Below, one piece after another: positions 22,029 through 30,779 of a stretch of 64,000 nt of DNA. The stretch is from Nitrosopumilus sp. (lineage in GTDB: Archaea > Thermoproteota > Nitrososphaeria > Nitrososphaerales > Nitrosopumilaceae). Positions within the stretch are counted from its first letter, which is position 1, and each line of letters begins with the position of its first letter. The stretch covers positions 160,001 to 224,000 of the forward strand of contig CBDBGZ010000009.1 of assembly GCA_965205425.1 (NCBI GenBank), written 5' to 3'. Under the pieces are notes generated by a model. It worked only from the letters and a program-made list of their open reading frames with translations, was not told where the DNA came from and searched no databases. Made by a program: the position numbers and the translations under genes.

Positions 22029-22234
22029 TATTGTATAGCCCCCAATGGAATTTTTAATTTCCTAACGTCTGATTTTGTGACAAATGATAATCTTATTGCA
22101 CAACGCAAACAGAACTGTTTACTTCGTGGTCTTGATACTGCATACTTTCCTTCTAGTATGATTTTGCAGTGATAACAGGTGATGTTATGATACTTACAGA
22201 TGTATAATCGAGAGCCACGTGTCAGTTTGACCAT
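22028..22234 (-). CDS. Small Zn-finger protein
   Basis: CYHC...FCLRC. Confidence 0.65.
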   Translation of the reverse strand: MVKLTRGSRLYICKYHNITCYHCKIILEGKYAVSRPRSKQFCLRCAIRLSFVTKSDVRKLKIPLGAIQ

Positions 22235-22346
22235 TATTTTTCATCCTCCATATTTGAGATTCCTAGTTCATCGCAAATTGCTACAAACTGTACCTTGCCA
22301 TGAGCCGATACATACTGATCATGTATGATTCGTCTTACTGCTGAAT

Positions 22347-23750
22347 TCATTGTATTACTCCTTTAAGTGAAGATTCAGATTTGTTACCGTTTGAATAGTA
22401 AATTAGGGCATGACCCCAAGAGCAGAACATTCTATTTGATTCAGGAATGGTGACTTTAGGAGGTCTGCAAAAATCACACCTTCCAGCGTGTAGTCTCTGC
22501 TCGTTTGTGAGTTTACCGTAAACTTGGGTGATCATGTTTGGATCATCCCAGCCTAAGGACATTACATATACGACATTGTAATTGCAACGTCTTAGCCACA
22601 TATGGCATCCTGAATGTCTTAAGGCGTGTCCTGGCTTGTTTGACAGATAGTATCTGTCACCATCAATTACTTTTTTGTAGACGTTAGGGTTGGTTACTGC
22701 ATCTCCTGAAATTCTATCTACACTTGCATATGCTTCTCGTAGTAGTTTATTGAATTTGGATTTTACATCTGATAGACTGGAATATTTCACGAATGTTTCA
22801 TTTGGAGTTAGCGTATTGAGTAATTCTAAACATCTTGGATTGAAAATCAGCTTGTCAAATGAAGCAAAGGTTTTCTTTTCATATACTCCTAGTGCTTCTG
22901 CATAATTGCAAATGTGATCCTCTATTGCTTCTTTCTTTAGTGTGAGATTATTTTTCATGGTGTGTAAAGTATCAGGTCTTGGTATCATTTCATGTGCTAT
23001 TGCAGTTAGTGCCTCAAAGTTGTATTTTGTTGAATGGTCTTTCATGAAATCTAGTATTTTATCAACTTCTAAATCTGATAGTTGGACGTTGGCATATGCT
23101 CCATAGTTTTCTTTTTTTCTTGATAATACACCATCAGAATTTTTTGGCAATGGCTTACCATTTCTAAAACAAAAGTTTGCAACTGCTGATACATATGCAG
23201 TAATTGATGTGTCTGCTCCTGACTTTAGATGTAGTTTGGAATTTTTCGATGTAGAATATTTTGTCTCACCAGCTAGGAATAATTCTTTGAATCTTGATAG
23301 TAGTTTTTCTGTTTCTTCTGGAGAAATTAAAAATGATAATGGTGCAACGTTTAGTGTTTTGCATACTGTGTAAAATGCTGAAACCTTACTTTTCCATGCA
23401 ACGATACCAGTTCCTTTCTTGCCACCTTTGAGCATTTTGTCAATCCATATTTTGACCTCTGGATTCTTACCATCAAGCCATTCTGATTTTAGTAATTCTT
23501 CATAGTGCTGTTTCTCTTTTTGAATTTGTGATTTTTTCACTCTACCTGATTTTGTCTTTTCTAATCTACCTTGTGAGATTAATTTCTTGAAATAATTAGT
23601 AATCATTGGAGGCGAACGATTAACTAATTCTGAGATTTGGTTTCTATTGTAGCCTTGAATTACCAAATCATAAACTCTGTCCAAAAGACGATTCTCATCA
23701 TCTTCTGAGCCAATACGACCACCGAAATTCTTGTAATTTCTACGTGCCAA
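22347..23750 (-). CDS. Tyrosine recombinase/integrase with N-terminal HTH and C-terminal Zn finger
   Basis: Catalytic set R (IPRPD), K (EKKT), HALRH, LGW, Y (QVYG); tail CDFC...FCSWGH. Confidence 0.85.
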   Translation of the reverse strand: MARRNYKNFGGRIGSEDDENRLLDRVYDLVIQGYNRNQISELVNRSPPMITNYFKKLISQGRLEKTKSGRVKKSQIQKEKQHYEELLKSEWLDGKNPEVKIWIDKMLKGGKKGTGIVAWKSKVSAFYTVCKTLNVAPLSFLISPEETEKLLSRFKELFLAGETKYSTSKNSKLHLKSGADTSITAYVSAVANFCFRNGKPLPKNSDGVLSRKKENYGAYANVQLSDLEVDKILDFMKDHSTKYNFEALTAIAHEMIPRPDTLHTMKNNLTLKKEAIEDHICNYAEALGVYEKKTFASFDKLIFNPRCLELLNTLTPNETFVKYSSLSDVKSKFNKLLREAYASVDRISGDAVTNPNVYKKVIDGDRYYLSNKPGHALRHSGCHMWLRRCNYNVVYVMSLGWDDPNMITQVYGKLTNEQRLHAGRCDFCRPPKVTIPESNRMFCSWGHALIYYSNGNKSESSLKGVIQ

Positions 23751-24105
23751 ATTCTTGCACTCCTGAAACCAGAATGCAAGGAAATGGTAGAAACTACAGT
23801 ATTGACTGAGAAGTTTGTGTATGAATTTTCTATTTTGTGTGTTTCCTTTGCATGCATGTTTGGACGTTGTGACTATGAATTAGTTGATCTTAAAGGTTAC
23901 TGTCAAGAAATATCGATCTAAATTTGTAAAAATTACGTCAAATTGACAATTCAGATCGCCAGAATATTATAGATCAATTCAAAAAAAAAAGATGCAGTTG
24001 GGGTCAGCATACGTGTTTGGACGCTTGTATTGACTGTGTGGTTAAATCCATAGCCTCAACTGCACTAGAATTATAACCAGTATGATAAAGTCATGAAGGT
24101 TATTA

Positions 24106-25251
24106 TAGTTAAGGCATTAAATATTTGAATATTTTAACAACTCGAACGTCTCCATTATCTAGTCTCTTCTGCATGTGTTTTCTCATCTCAGTTCCATTTG
24201 CAAAGAATGTATTGGCATTACCATTTTTCTCTTCTCTCCACTGTACCTCAATTGGATTGAGTTCTGGGGTGTATGCAGGAAAATATCTTATGATTACATT
24301 TCTTTTTGATTTCTTGAGAAATTCTTTTACTCTGACACTTTTGTGGTATGATGCATTGTCTGCAAATAATAACAGTTTCTTGCCAAATTGTTTCTGCAGT
24401 GATTCTAAAAAATCAAGAAATGAGTCTGTGTTTGATTTATCATAGAACCTACAAAAAAATACGCCGTCATCCCCCAATGCACCAAATGATTGAAATTTTT
24501 CTCGAGTGTAATTAATTGGTGTGGTAATGTTATTGCCTGCAAGATACCATCCGCGCTTTATGTTAGGTGCTATCTTGTTTGTTGACTCATCCAGACATAG
24601 TGTGGTGTATCCCAATTTGGAATATTTTTTGATACTCCTTTTTGCGTTTTTTTAAAACGGGTTTGTTCCTCTTTTGAGGCTGATTTGTGATGTGTGGGAC
24701 GTGGTTTTTTTGATGAGAATCCAATTCTGTGCAGCAATTCACGCATTCCTCTTGCAGAGTATAGGGTGTTGTATTTTTTATTCACATGTGTAATTACCAT
24801 TCTTGTACTCCACATGAATTGGTTAAATCCAAACTTTTCTGGACCTGAAATTAGATCATTTCTTAATGATACTAGCTGTTTTTCATTTAGAAAACATCTA
24901 GAACCAGAATATTTCTTGCGGTGTGATGCAGATATTCCCTCTTCATCCATTCGATTTAGCCAGTAGGACAAAGTTGATGGTATGACATCCAGACTTGCAC
25001 ATATCACAGAATACGGAATATTTTGTTTTCTTAGTATTGCAGCCTTTAATCTTATCTTTGCTTTTGCATTTTTTTCATTCTTGCATACTTTTCTTAAAAA
25101 ATTAATGCTTGTACCTTTCATGAATTGATTTCCAGAGGAAACCTTGGATTGTCTTGTACTCTTTGACATGGTTTCATGAATTGATTCTACGATCTAGATC
25201 TTTTGAGTTAAAATACTTGACAGTTTATTCAAAATTTATATGCCTAAACTA
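24106..25251 (-). mobile_element. IS630-family element inside the provirus (ORFs 24570..25169 and 24109..24615)
   Basis: TIR TAGTTAAGGCAT / ATGCCTAAACTA flanked by TA; LDES, DNASYH, YTPELNPIE; slippery TTTTAAAAAAA in the ORF overlap. Confidence 0.9.
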
Positions 25252-25267
25252 TATGTTCTAATCAGAT

Positions 25268-25867
25268 TTGATAAAAATAGAAATAATTCTCAAAAGATTT
25301 AAGATTGTAAATTTATTCCAATACATGAAAATTGCATTAATTGCAGTTGTTGCAATAGTCGGAATTTTTGGAATTATTTATGTCATGGGTGATGATGATG
25401 AATCTACAAAATATTACAATGAATTTACAGAAGAAGATGTTAGGAATTTTGAGTTAGAATTATTTGAAATTACAAATCAGAAAAGAATTGAAAATGGTGT
25501 GCAACCCTTAGTATGGGATGATAGATTACATAGTATAGCAAAAAATCATAGCCAAGACATGGCAGAAAAGAATTATTTTAATCATAATAATTTGGATGGA
25601 ATGTCTGCTTTTGATAGGGGAAATAATGCATACTATGAATGTGAAAAAGAAAGAGAGAGTATTATGTATGAAGGAATTTCTGAAAATATTTCTCAAATGG
25701 GATTAGAACGTAAAAATTATGAATCAATAGATGAAGAAACTATCGTTGATGGTTTGATGAATAGTTCAGAACACAGAGAAAACATGTTAGATAATGCATA
25801 TATAAAAATTGGAATTGGTATTGCAATAAATGAAAATCATTTGTACACAACTCAAAACTTTTGTTAG
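25268..25867 (+). CDS. Membrane-anchored CAP/SCP-domain protein (copy 1)
   Basis: N.KR..NGVQPL, HSQDM..NYFNH, SENI, MNSSEHRENM, TQNFC; likely start at MKIAL. Confidence 0.88.
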   Translation: MIKIEIILKRFKIVNLFQYMKIALIAVVAIVGIFGIIYVMGDDDESTKYYNEFTEEDVRNFELELFEITNQKRIENGVQPLVWDDRLHSIAKNHSQDMAEKNYFNHNNLDGMSAFDRGNNAYYECEKERESIMYEGISENISQMGLERKNYESIDEETIVDGLMNSSEHRENMLDNAYIKIGIGIAINENHLYTTQNFC

Positions 25868-25910
25868 TTTAGATCGCCAGAGATAAAAAGACAAAAGTAA
25901 TTTTTATTTT

Positions 25911-26108
25911 ATGAGTAAATTGTCAAACACAGACACAATGATTTTACTTGGAATTATTGGAATTGTCGTGTATGCCTTAATGACATATTCTTTAGACATA
26001 TCAAATAATGATACAATATGGATTGCGTGGATTATAATCAGTATTATTTTACTTGTAGTTGGGATTACAATCAAAGTATACACTAAAAATTCATCATCTG
26101 AAATTTGA
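25911..26108 (+). CDS. Small two-TM membrane protein
   Basis: Two hydrophobic stretches; GATCGCCA...ATAAAA promoter-like sequence upstream. Confidence 0.65.
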   Translation: MSKLSNTDTMILLGIIGIVVYALMTYSLDISNNDTIWIAWIIISIILLVVGITIKVYTKNSSSEI

Positions 26109-26201
26109 TCTGTCAAACCTAAATTTTGCCACACAGTATCCTAGAAAAAATACTTTTCCCATCAATCCAAACAAAATTAATTCATACAACGGAGATTCCA
26201 A
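26094..26201 (-). CDS. 35-aa single-TM peptide (not in ORF track)
   Basis: MESPLYELILFGLMGKVFFLGYCVAKFRFDRSNFR (TTG start), 25 nt below motif A. Confidence 0.45.
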   Translation of the reverse strand: MESPLYELILFGLMGKVFFLGYCVAKFRFDRSNFR

Positions 26202-26242
26202 GATCCATCAGATACAACAAATGAGAATAAAAAAACTAGGTT

Positions 26243-26422
26243 TTATAGTTCCCACCATGCTTTAGTTTTCTTTGCTTTCTTTTTTGATTTAGTTTTCTTC
26301 TTGGAAATTCCAAAATCCAACAATCCTGGAATAGATGATTTACCATTAGACCTTTTCTTTGGGATTTTATCTATTGGATGTGGGCTATCTGCATGAATTC
26401 CTATTCTTGATTTTTCAAACAT
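26243..26422 (-). CDS. 59-aa basic protein with GLLDFG motif (not in ORF track)
   Basis: MFEKSRIGIHADSPHPIDKIPKKRSNGKSSIPGLLDFGISKKKTKSKKKAKKTKAWWEL; tail resembles that of the 863-aa protein. Confidence 0.65.
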   Translation of the reverse strand: MFEKSRIGIHADSPHPIDKIPKKRSNGKSSIPGLLDFGISKKKTKSKKKAKKTKAWWEL

Positions 26423-26536
26423 AACGATAGAATTTAATGTATTTTATAGGAAATAATGATCTAAAAAGATTAGGTTTTGTTAGATTTAGATCCATAGTTT
26501 TTCACAATCTAAATAAATGATCAGATTTAGTAATAA

Positions 26537-27082
26537 ATGATGTCAATTTCAGTATCTTATCCAAAAATTATAGAATTGGAAGACGGTAATCAAGTTGAAA
26601 TTACAACAGACGTATGGAAAAATAGACAACTTGTTGTAGAAACTGACAGAACAGAAAAAGAAGTTAGGGAAATTTTTGAAAAAGAAGGCTTCAAAACAAC
26701 GATAAAAGAATTTGTTAAAAATAATCAATTGGGTTCTGGAATGGTTAAAAAAATTGATGATTGGCAAGTGCATTTTAGATTTTTCCAACATGGCGATCAT
26801 ATACAAATTGATGGAGAAGTTGAAGTTTCCAGTGATTACACACAACATCTTACACATGGTTGGATCTCTGCATTCAAAGAAAGTATGGATATAATTTCAC
26901 GACATTTTAATGAACTTTGGGTTTATCACACAAAACTAAAAAAATATGTGAAAAGAATTGTCAAAGAGAATATTTTAGAACTTACTGAACCAAAAACAAA
27001 GACAGATGTTATTGATTTGTTATTGATTGGTATTGGAGCATTGTCTGCTGGTTTGTTAGTTGCAAGTGCTTTGAAGAAATAA
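26537..27082 (+). CDS. Hypothetical protein with C-terminal TM anchor
   Basis: 181-aa ORF with hydrophobic tail. Confidence 0.7.
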   Translation: MMSISVSYPKIIELEDGNQVEITTDVWKNRQLVVETDRTEKEVREIFEKEGFKTTIKEFVKNNQLGSGMVKKIDDWQVHFRFFQHGDHIQIDGEVEVSSDYTQHLTHGWISAFKESMDIISRHFNELWVYHTKLKKYVKRIVKENILELTEPKTKTDVIDLLLIGIGALSAGLLVASALKK

Positions 27083-27084
27083 AA

Positions 27085-27621
27085 TTATTTGATTCCTTCT
27101 ATCAATGTTAAAATCTGAACAAAAATTATTATTTTTTCCATTGTTGTTTTTTTATCTCTAATTATATATGTTGAAATATTTTCAAAATTTCGATATGATG
27201 TTATTTGCTCACAAATATTTTTTGATGTTTCATAAAAATTTGAAGTTCTTATTTTATCTAGTATTTTCTTAACTTGAATATTATCCAACTTGTTCTCTAA
27301 TTGTTGAAAACAATACAATTTCCCTTTTTCTGTAAATATTAGAGAACCTGATGAAATGATTTGATTATCGTCATTTTTATATTCAATTGCTACATCATCT
27401 AGGATTCCAACCTCTTGAAAATATTCTAATTCTTTTTGTAATTGAGCCATATCATCATCATAGTTTTCTATATTGATATTGTTTTTCGTTTTATCACAAA
27501 AATTATTTATTTCATTTTTCACATGATTCATCATACTTCCTTTATTACGAATATAGAAAATAACCCATTGTTGAAAGTTTGTTAATTCAACAAACGGAAT
27601 AATCCTTGTTTCATCACTCAT
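27085..27621 (-). CDS. Hypothetical protein (very AT-rich)
   Basis: 178-aa ORF; FTEKGK resembles a winged-helix wing. Confidence 0.6.
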   Translation of the reverse strand: MSDETRIIPFVELTNFQQWVIFYIRNKGSMMNHVKNEINNFCDKTKNNINIENYDDDMAQLQKELEYFQEVGILDDVAIEYKNDDNQIISSGSLIFTEKGKLYCFQQLENKLDNIQVKKILDKIRTSNFYETSKNICEQITSYRNFENISTYIIRDKKTTMEKIIIFVQILTLIEGIK

Positions 27622-27668
27622 CAGGTTAATTCAAATTTTTACATTTAATTATTTTATGTTGATCGCAA

Positions 27669-27884
27669 TCACCTATCATCTTTTTTCTCATAAATTTTTC
27701 CTAATTCCTCAAATAGTTTCTCATACTGCATCATTAGACTTTCAATTTCAGACTTTATTGTATCTGAATCCCATTTTGCTGCGATCAAGATTTGTATTCT
27801 TTCTAGTATTTCACGTTCAGTATCATATGATTCCTTTTCTAACGCTTCTTCTTGTTTGGTTTCTTTTGTTTCTTCTTTTTCCAT
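27669..27884 (-). CDS. Small acidic helical protein
   Basis: 71-aa ORF overlapping the end of the HNH gene. Confidence 0.55.
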   Translation of the reverse strand: MEKEETKETKQEEALEKESYDTEREILERIQILIAAKWDSDTIKSEIESLMMQYEKLFEELGKIYEKKDDR

Positions 27885-28825
27885 TTTTTAGATTCCTCAA
27901 GATTCCATCCGTGTAACTCATTATGACACTTTCGACATAGGGCGATCCCGTTGTTTTTGTTTAGCGAGAGTTTTGGTTGGATTGCCTTGTAGATTAAGTG
28001 ATGTGAGATTTCTGCTTTGGAATGACATATTTGGCACTTGTAATTGTGTAGTTTTTTGATGGTTGCAGACCATGATTGGAGGGCATAGCGGTATTCAGTA
28101 GGAGGGAGTTTGAGGGGAAAGCCTAGTTTTTTGAGTTGGTTTAGATTGGATTTTAATATTTTCTCAGGATAGAGTTTTCTATATTTCTTCTTATATTTTT
28201 TAGCCGTATCTTTATGTTTTAAACGATATTGTTTAGCTCGTTTATCGCATGTCTCTTTATTTTTTTGGTAATGATCTTTTTTGGCTTTTTTAATTTTTTC
28301 CTTATTTTCTAATGCATATTGTTTCTTACCTTCTCTGATCTTTTCTTTATTCTTTAAACGATATTGTTTTCGTTGTTGTTTTACATTATCTATATTTGAA
28401 TGATAATATTGATTAGTTTTCTTTTTGATTTTTTCTTTATTTTTGTGATAGTGTTCTTTTTTCTGTTGTTTTATTTTCTTTTTATTATCTAACCTGTATT
28501 GTCTACTTTGTTTATTGAGAATTATTTTATTTTTTTGACGATATAATTTAGTCTTTATTGAAATCTTTTCTTTATTCTTTTGTACATATTGTTTATTGAT
28601 TTGTTTGATTTTTTCTTTATTGTGTATACGATATTGTTTGTTATGTTTTAATATTTTTACTCTGTTTTTCTGATAATGTCTTTTTTTCTGTTTTCTAATT
28701 TTTTCTTTATTTCTTTTTCTATATTGTTTAGCTTGTTGTGCTATTTTTATTTTATTATTTTCATAATATTTCTTATCATATTTCCTTTGATTTTCTTTCT
28801 CTTCTTTTGATTTCTTTTTTGCCAT
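27839..28825 (-). CDS. HNH endonuclease with long Lys-rich ~15-aa helical repeats
   Basis: Repeats like KQYRxxNKEKIK; C-terminal CQIC...HH...N...LCRKCHNELH. Confidence 0.85.
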   Translation of the reverse strand: MAKKKSKEEKENQRKYDKKYYENNKIKIAQQAKQYRKRNKEKIRKQKKRHYQKNRVKILKHNKQYRIHNKEKIKQINKQYVQKNKEKISIKTKLYRQKNKIILNKQSRQYRLDNKKKIKQQKKEHYHKNKEKIKKKTNQYYHSNIDNVKQQRKQYRLKNKEKIREGKKQYALENKEKIKKAKKDHYQKNKETCDKRAKQYRLKHKDTAKKYKKKYRKLYPEKILKSNLNQLKKLGFPLKLPPTEYRYALQSWSATIKKLHNYKCQICHSKAEISHHLIYKAIQPKLSLNKNNGIALCRKCHNELHGWNLEESKKWKKKKQKKPNKKKR

Positions 28826-28919
28826 TTCTATTATTCTAATATTTGTCTACACATTTTACAAAAAATAGAATCATCCTCATCAATCTCATTTTCAAATCCA
28901 CAACGAGAACAGATAACTA

Positions 28920-29075
28920 TCAAGAATAATACCTCTCAATTTCCTTGTTGCAGGTAACACATTGAACAATTACAATATCAGTAGATGGGATTTTGAATTC
29001 AGATGTTGATTCGTGTTTGCAAAATCCAGTTCTTAGATATAGGACTTGATCCTGTGTGTAATCTTTTTTAGGCAT
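28920..29075 (-). CDS. 51-aa putative Zn-binding protein (not in ORF track)
   Basis: MPKKDYTQDQVLYLRTGFCKH...QCVTCNKEIERYYS. Confidence 0.5.
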   Translation of the reverse strand: MPKKDYTQDQVLYLRTGFCKHESTSEFKIPSTDIVIVQCVTCNKEIERYYS

Positions 29076-29089
29076 TATAGTTTAGAGTT

Positions 29090-29168
29090 ATTGAGGGCTC
29101 AGAGGGTCACGGCTTCATCATATTGAAGTCAGAAATCACGCTTCCCGATTCTCATCATTGCCCTCAAT
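29090..29168 (-). ncRNA. C/D-box guide sRNA
   Basis: ATTGAGGGC-A-ATGATGA-19nt-CTGA-7nt-ATGATGA-12nt-CTGA-GCCCTCAAT: four consensus boxes in canonical order and a perfect 9-bp terminal stem. Confidence 0.85.
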
Positions 29169-29252
29169 TATTCTAAATTTTCACCTCCAGTTTAGGCCAG
29201 CAAACGTTTTGATTTTGTATTGACTGTGTGGTTTTAGTTTGCATAGTTATAA

Positions 29253-29314
29253 TAGGGCCCTACTTTAATATTAATGTTTAGGGCCCTATACAGTTAAATA
29301 TAACTAGGGCCCTA
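29253..29314. promoter_or_regulatory. Three palindromic operators TAGGGCCCTA interleaved with two divergent TATA boxes
   Basis: Copies at 29253, 29279 and 29305 (exact 26-bp period); spacers contain TTTAATATTAA and TTAAATATAA. Confidence 0.85.
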
Positions 29315-29325
29315 TATCAAATCTA

Positions 29326-29490
29326 ATGATGCGAATATTAAAAAAAATAAATCGAACAGTTGGTGATAAACAATACTACAAATATCTAATTCCTGTTCCT
29401 AAAGAGATAATTGAAGATATGGGATGGTCAGAACTAACAAATGTTGATTTTAGGATAAAAGGAAAAATGCTCATCATTGAAAGAGAATGA
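29326..29490 (+). CDS. AbrB/MazE/SpoVT-family repressor, 54 aa (not in ORF track)
   Basis: MMRILKKINRTVGDKQYYKYLIPVPKEIIEDMGWSELTNVDFRIKGKMLIIERE; swapped-hairpin signature; ATGA overlap with the CAP gene. Confidence 0.8.
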   Translation: MMRILKKINRTVGDKQYYKYLIPVPKEIIEDMGWSELTNVDFRIKGKMLIIERE

Positions 29491-30086
29491 ATTATTATCT
29501 CCTAGCGATTCCAGCTATTGTTTTTCTTTTTGCTTTTGCAGTTTTTAGAGATGTTGAACAATCTGATCCAACACTTGAACAATACATATCACTAGAACAC
29601 AGACCTAATTATGACTTGAAAAATATAGAAAAATTGTTAGTAGAATATACAAATGAAAAAAGAATCAAACATGGAGTACAACCATTAGAGATTGACAATC
29701 AATTATACCTTCTTGCAAAAGAAAGAAGTCATGATATGGTAACAGGCAATTATTTTGATCATGTGAATTTGGATGGTTTGACTGTACAAGATATTGCAAT
29801 CAATACAGGATACAAGTGTGAAAAAGAATATGAAGGAATATCTTATGACGGTGTATCTGAAAACATCGCATTAAGACCACTTTCAAAATCATACATAATT
29901 GAAAATGAAATAAAATTATATGACTGGCATACAAATGAAAAATTGTTTGCAGAATTGAGTATTAATTCCGTAATGGATTCAACGGAACATAAAGAAAATA
30001 TGTTACATCCAGTTAATACTAAAATAGGGATTGGAATAGCAATTAATTCTGAGAATAAATTATATCAAACACAATTATTCTGCTAG
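29487..30086 (+). CDS. Membrane-anchored CAP/SCP-domain protein (copy 2)
   Basis: NEKR..HGVQPL, DM...NYFDH, SENIA, MDSTEHKENM, TQLFC. Confidence 0.88.
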   Translation: MNYYLLAIPAIVFLFAFAVFRDVEQSDPTLEQYISLEHRPNYDLKNIEKLLVEYTNEKRIKHGVQPLEIDNQLYLLAKERSHDMVTGNYFDHVNLDGLTVQDIAINTGYKCEKEYEGISYDGVSENIALRPLSKSYIIENEIKLYDWHTNEKLFAELSINSVMDSTEHKENMLHPVNTKIGIGIAINSENKLYQTQLFC

Positions 30087-30709
30087 TAATCCATCATACC
30101 TTTGAATCCAAAAGGATCATCATCACTCTTTTTCTTTCTTCTTTTTGATTTGGTTCCACTGCTTCCATAATCAAGTAATCCCTTAAACACAAAATCATCA
30201 TTGCTTTTCTTTTTACGTATGGTGGTTTTTGTATCGCTTCCATAATCTATCAATCCACTAAAACCAAAACTATTCTTTTTCTTTTCTCTCTTTGTAGTTG
30301 TCTTTCTCTTTCTCGTTTTCTTTTTTGGTTTCTCAGGTTCCATAAATCCAAAAAATCCACCTGAATCTTTCTTTGTTTTTCTCTTGGGCTTTGAATCTCC
30401 AAAAATTGAATCAGTTAATACAAACGGATCATTTTTCTCACGTTGCTTTCTTACTCTGATTTTTGTCTGTCTTTTTGTTTTGTTTCTGTGACAGTCAAGA
30501 CATAATGCTTGAAGATTTCCTATTGAGTTGTTACTAGGATCACCATCTCTATGATCAACATCATAATGTATTCCTCCTCTGCCTATCGGCTTGGAACAGT
30601 GATTGCATAGTTCTCTTTGACCTCGTGCTATTTTTTCTCGATTTGATTTTCCAACGTTCTTTCTCTTTGGTCTTAGTTTTTCTGTGAATCCATCAAAGAA
30701 GCCTGTCAA
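30083..30709 (-). CDS. HNH nuclease with basic/aromatic disordered tail
   Basis: CNHC...DVDHRDG...N...NLQALCLDCHRNKT; tail carries GLIDYG, GLLDYG and GMMDY. Confidence 0.85.
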   Translation of the reverse strand: MTGFFDGFTEKLRPKRKNVGKSNREKIARGQRELCNHCSKPIGRGGIHYDVDHRDGDPSNNSIGNLQALCLDCHRNKTKRQTKIRVRKQREKNDPFVLTDSIFGDSKPKRKTKKDSGGFFGFMEPEKPKKKTRKRKTTTKREKKKNSFGFSGLIDYGSDTKTTIRKKKSNDDFVFKGLLDYGSSGTKSKRRKKKSDDDPFGFKGMMDY

Positions 30710-30779
30710 ACGATCTGATCATGAAAAAGGTAAAATAAAAAAGATCATAGATCGCTATTTTTACAAATATCTAATTTGC

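Noticed and set aside
29090..29168. tRNA-like cloverleaf on the plus strand
   Set aside because: No T-loop or D-loop consensus; the minus-strand C/D architecture explains the sequence
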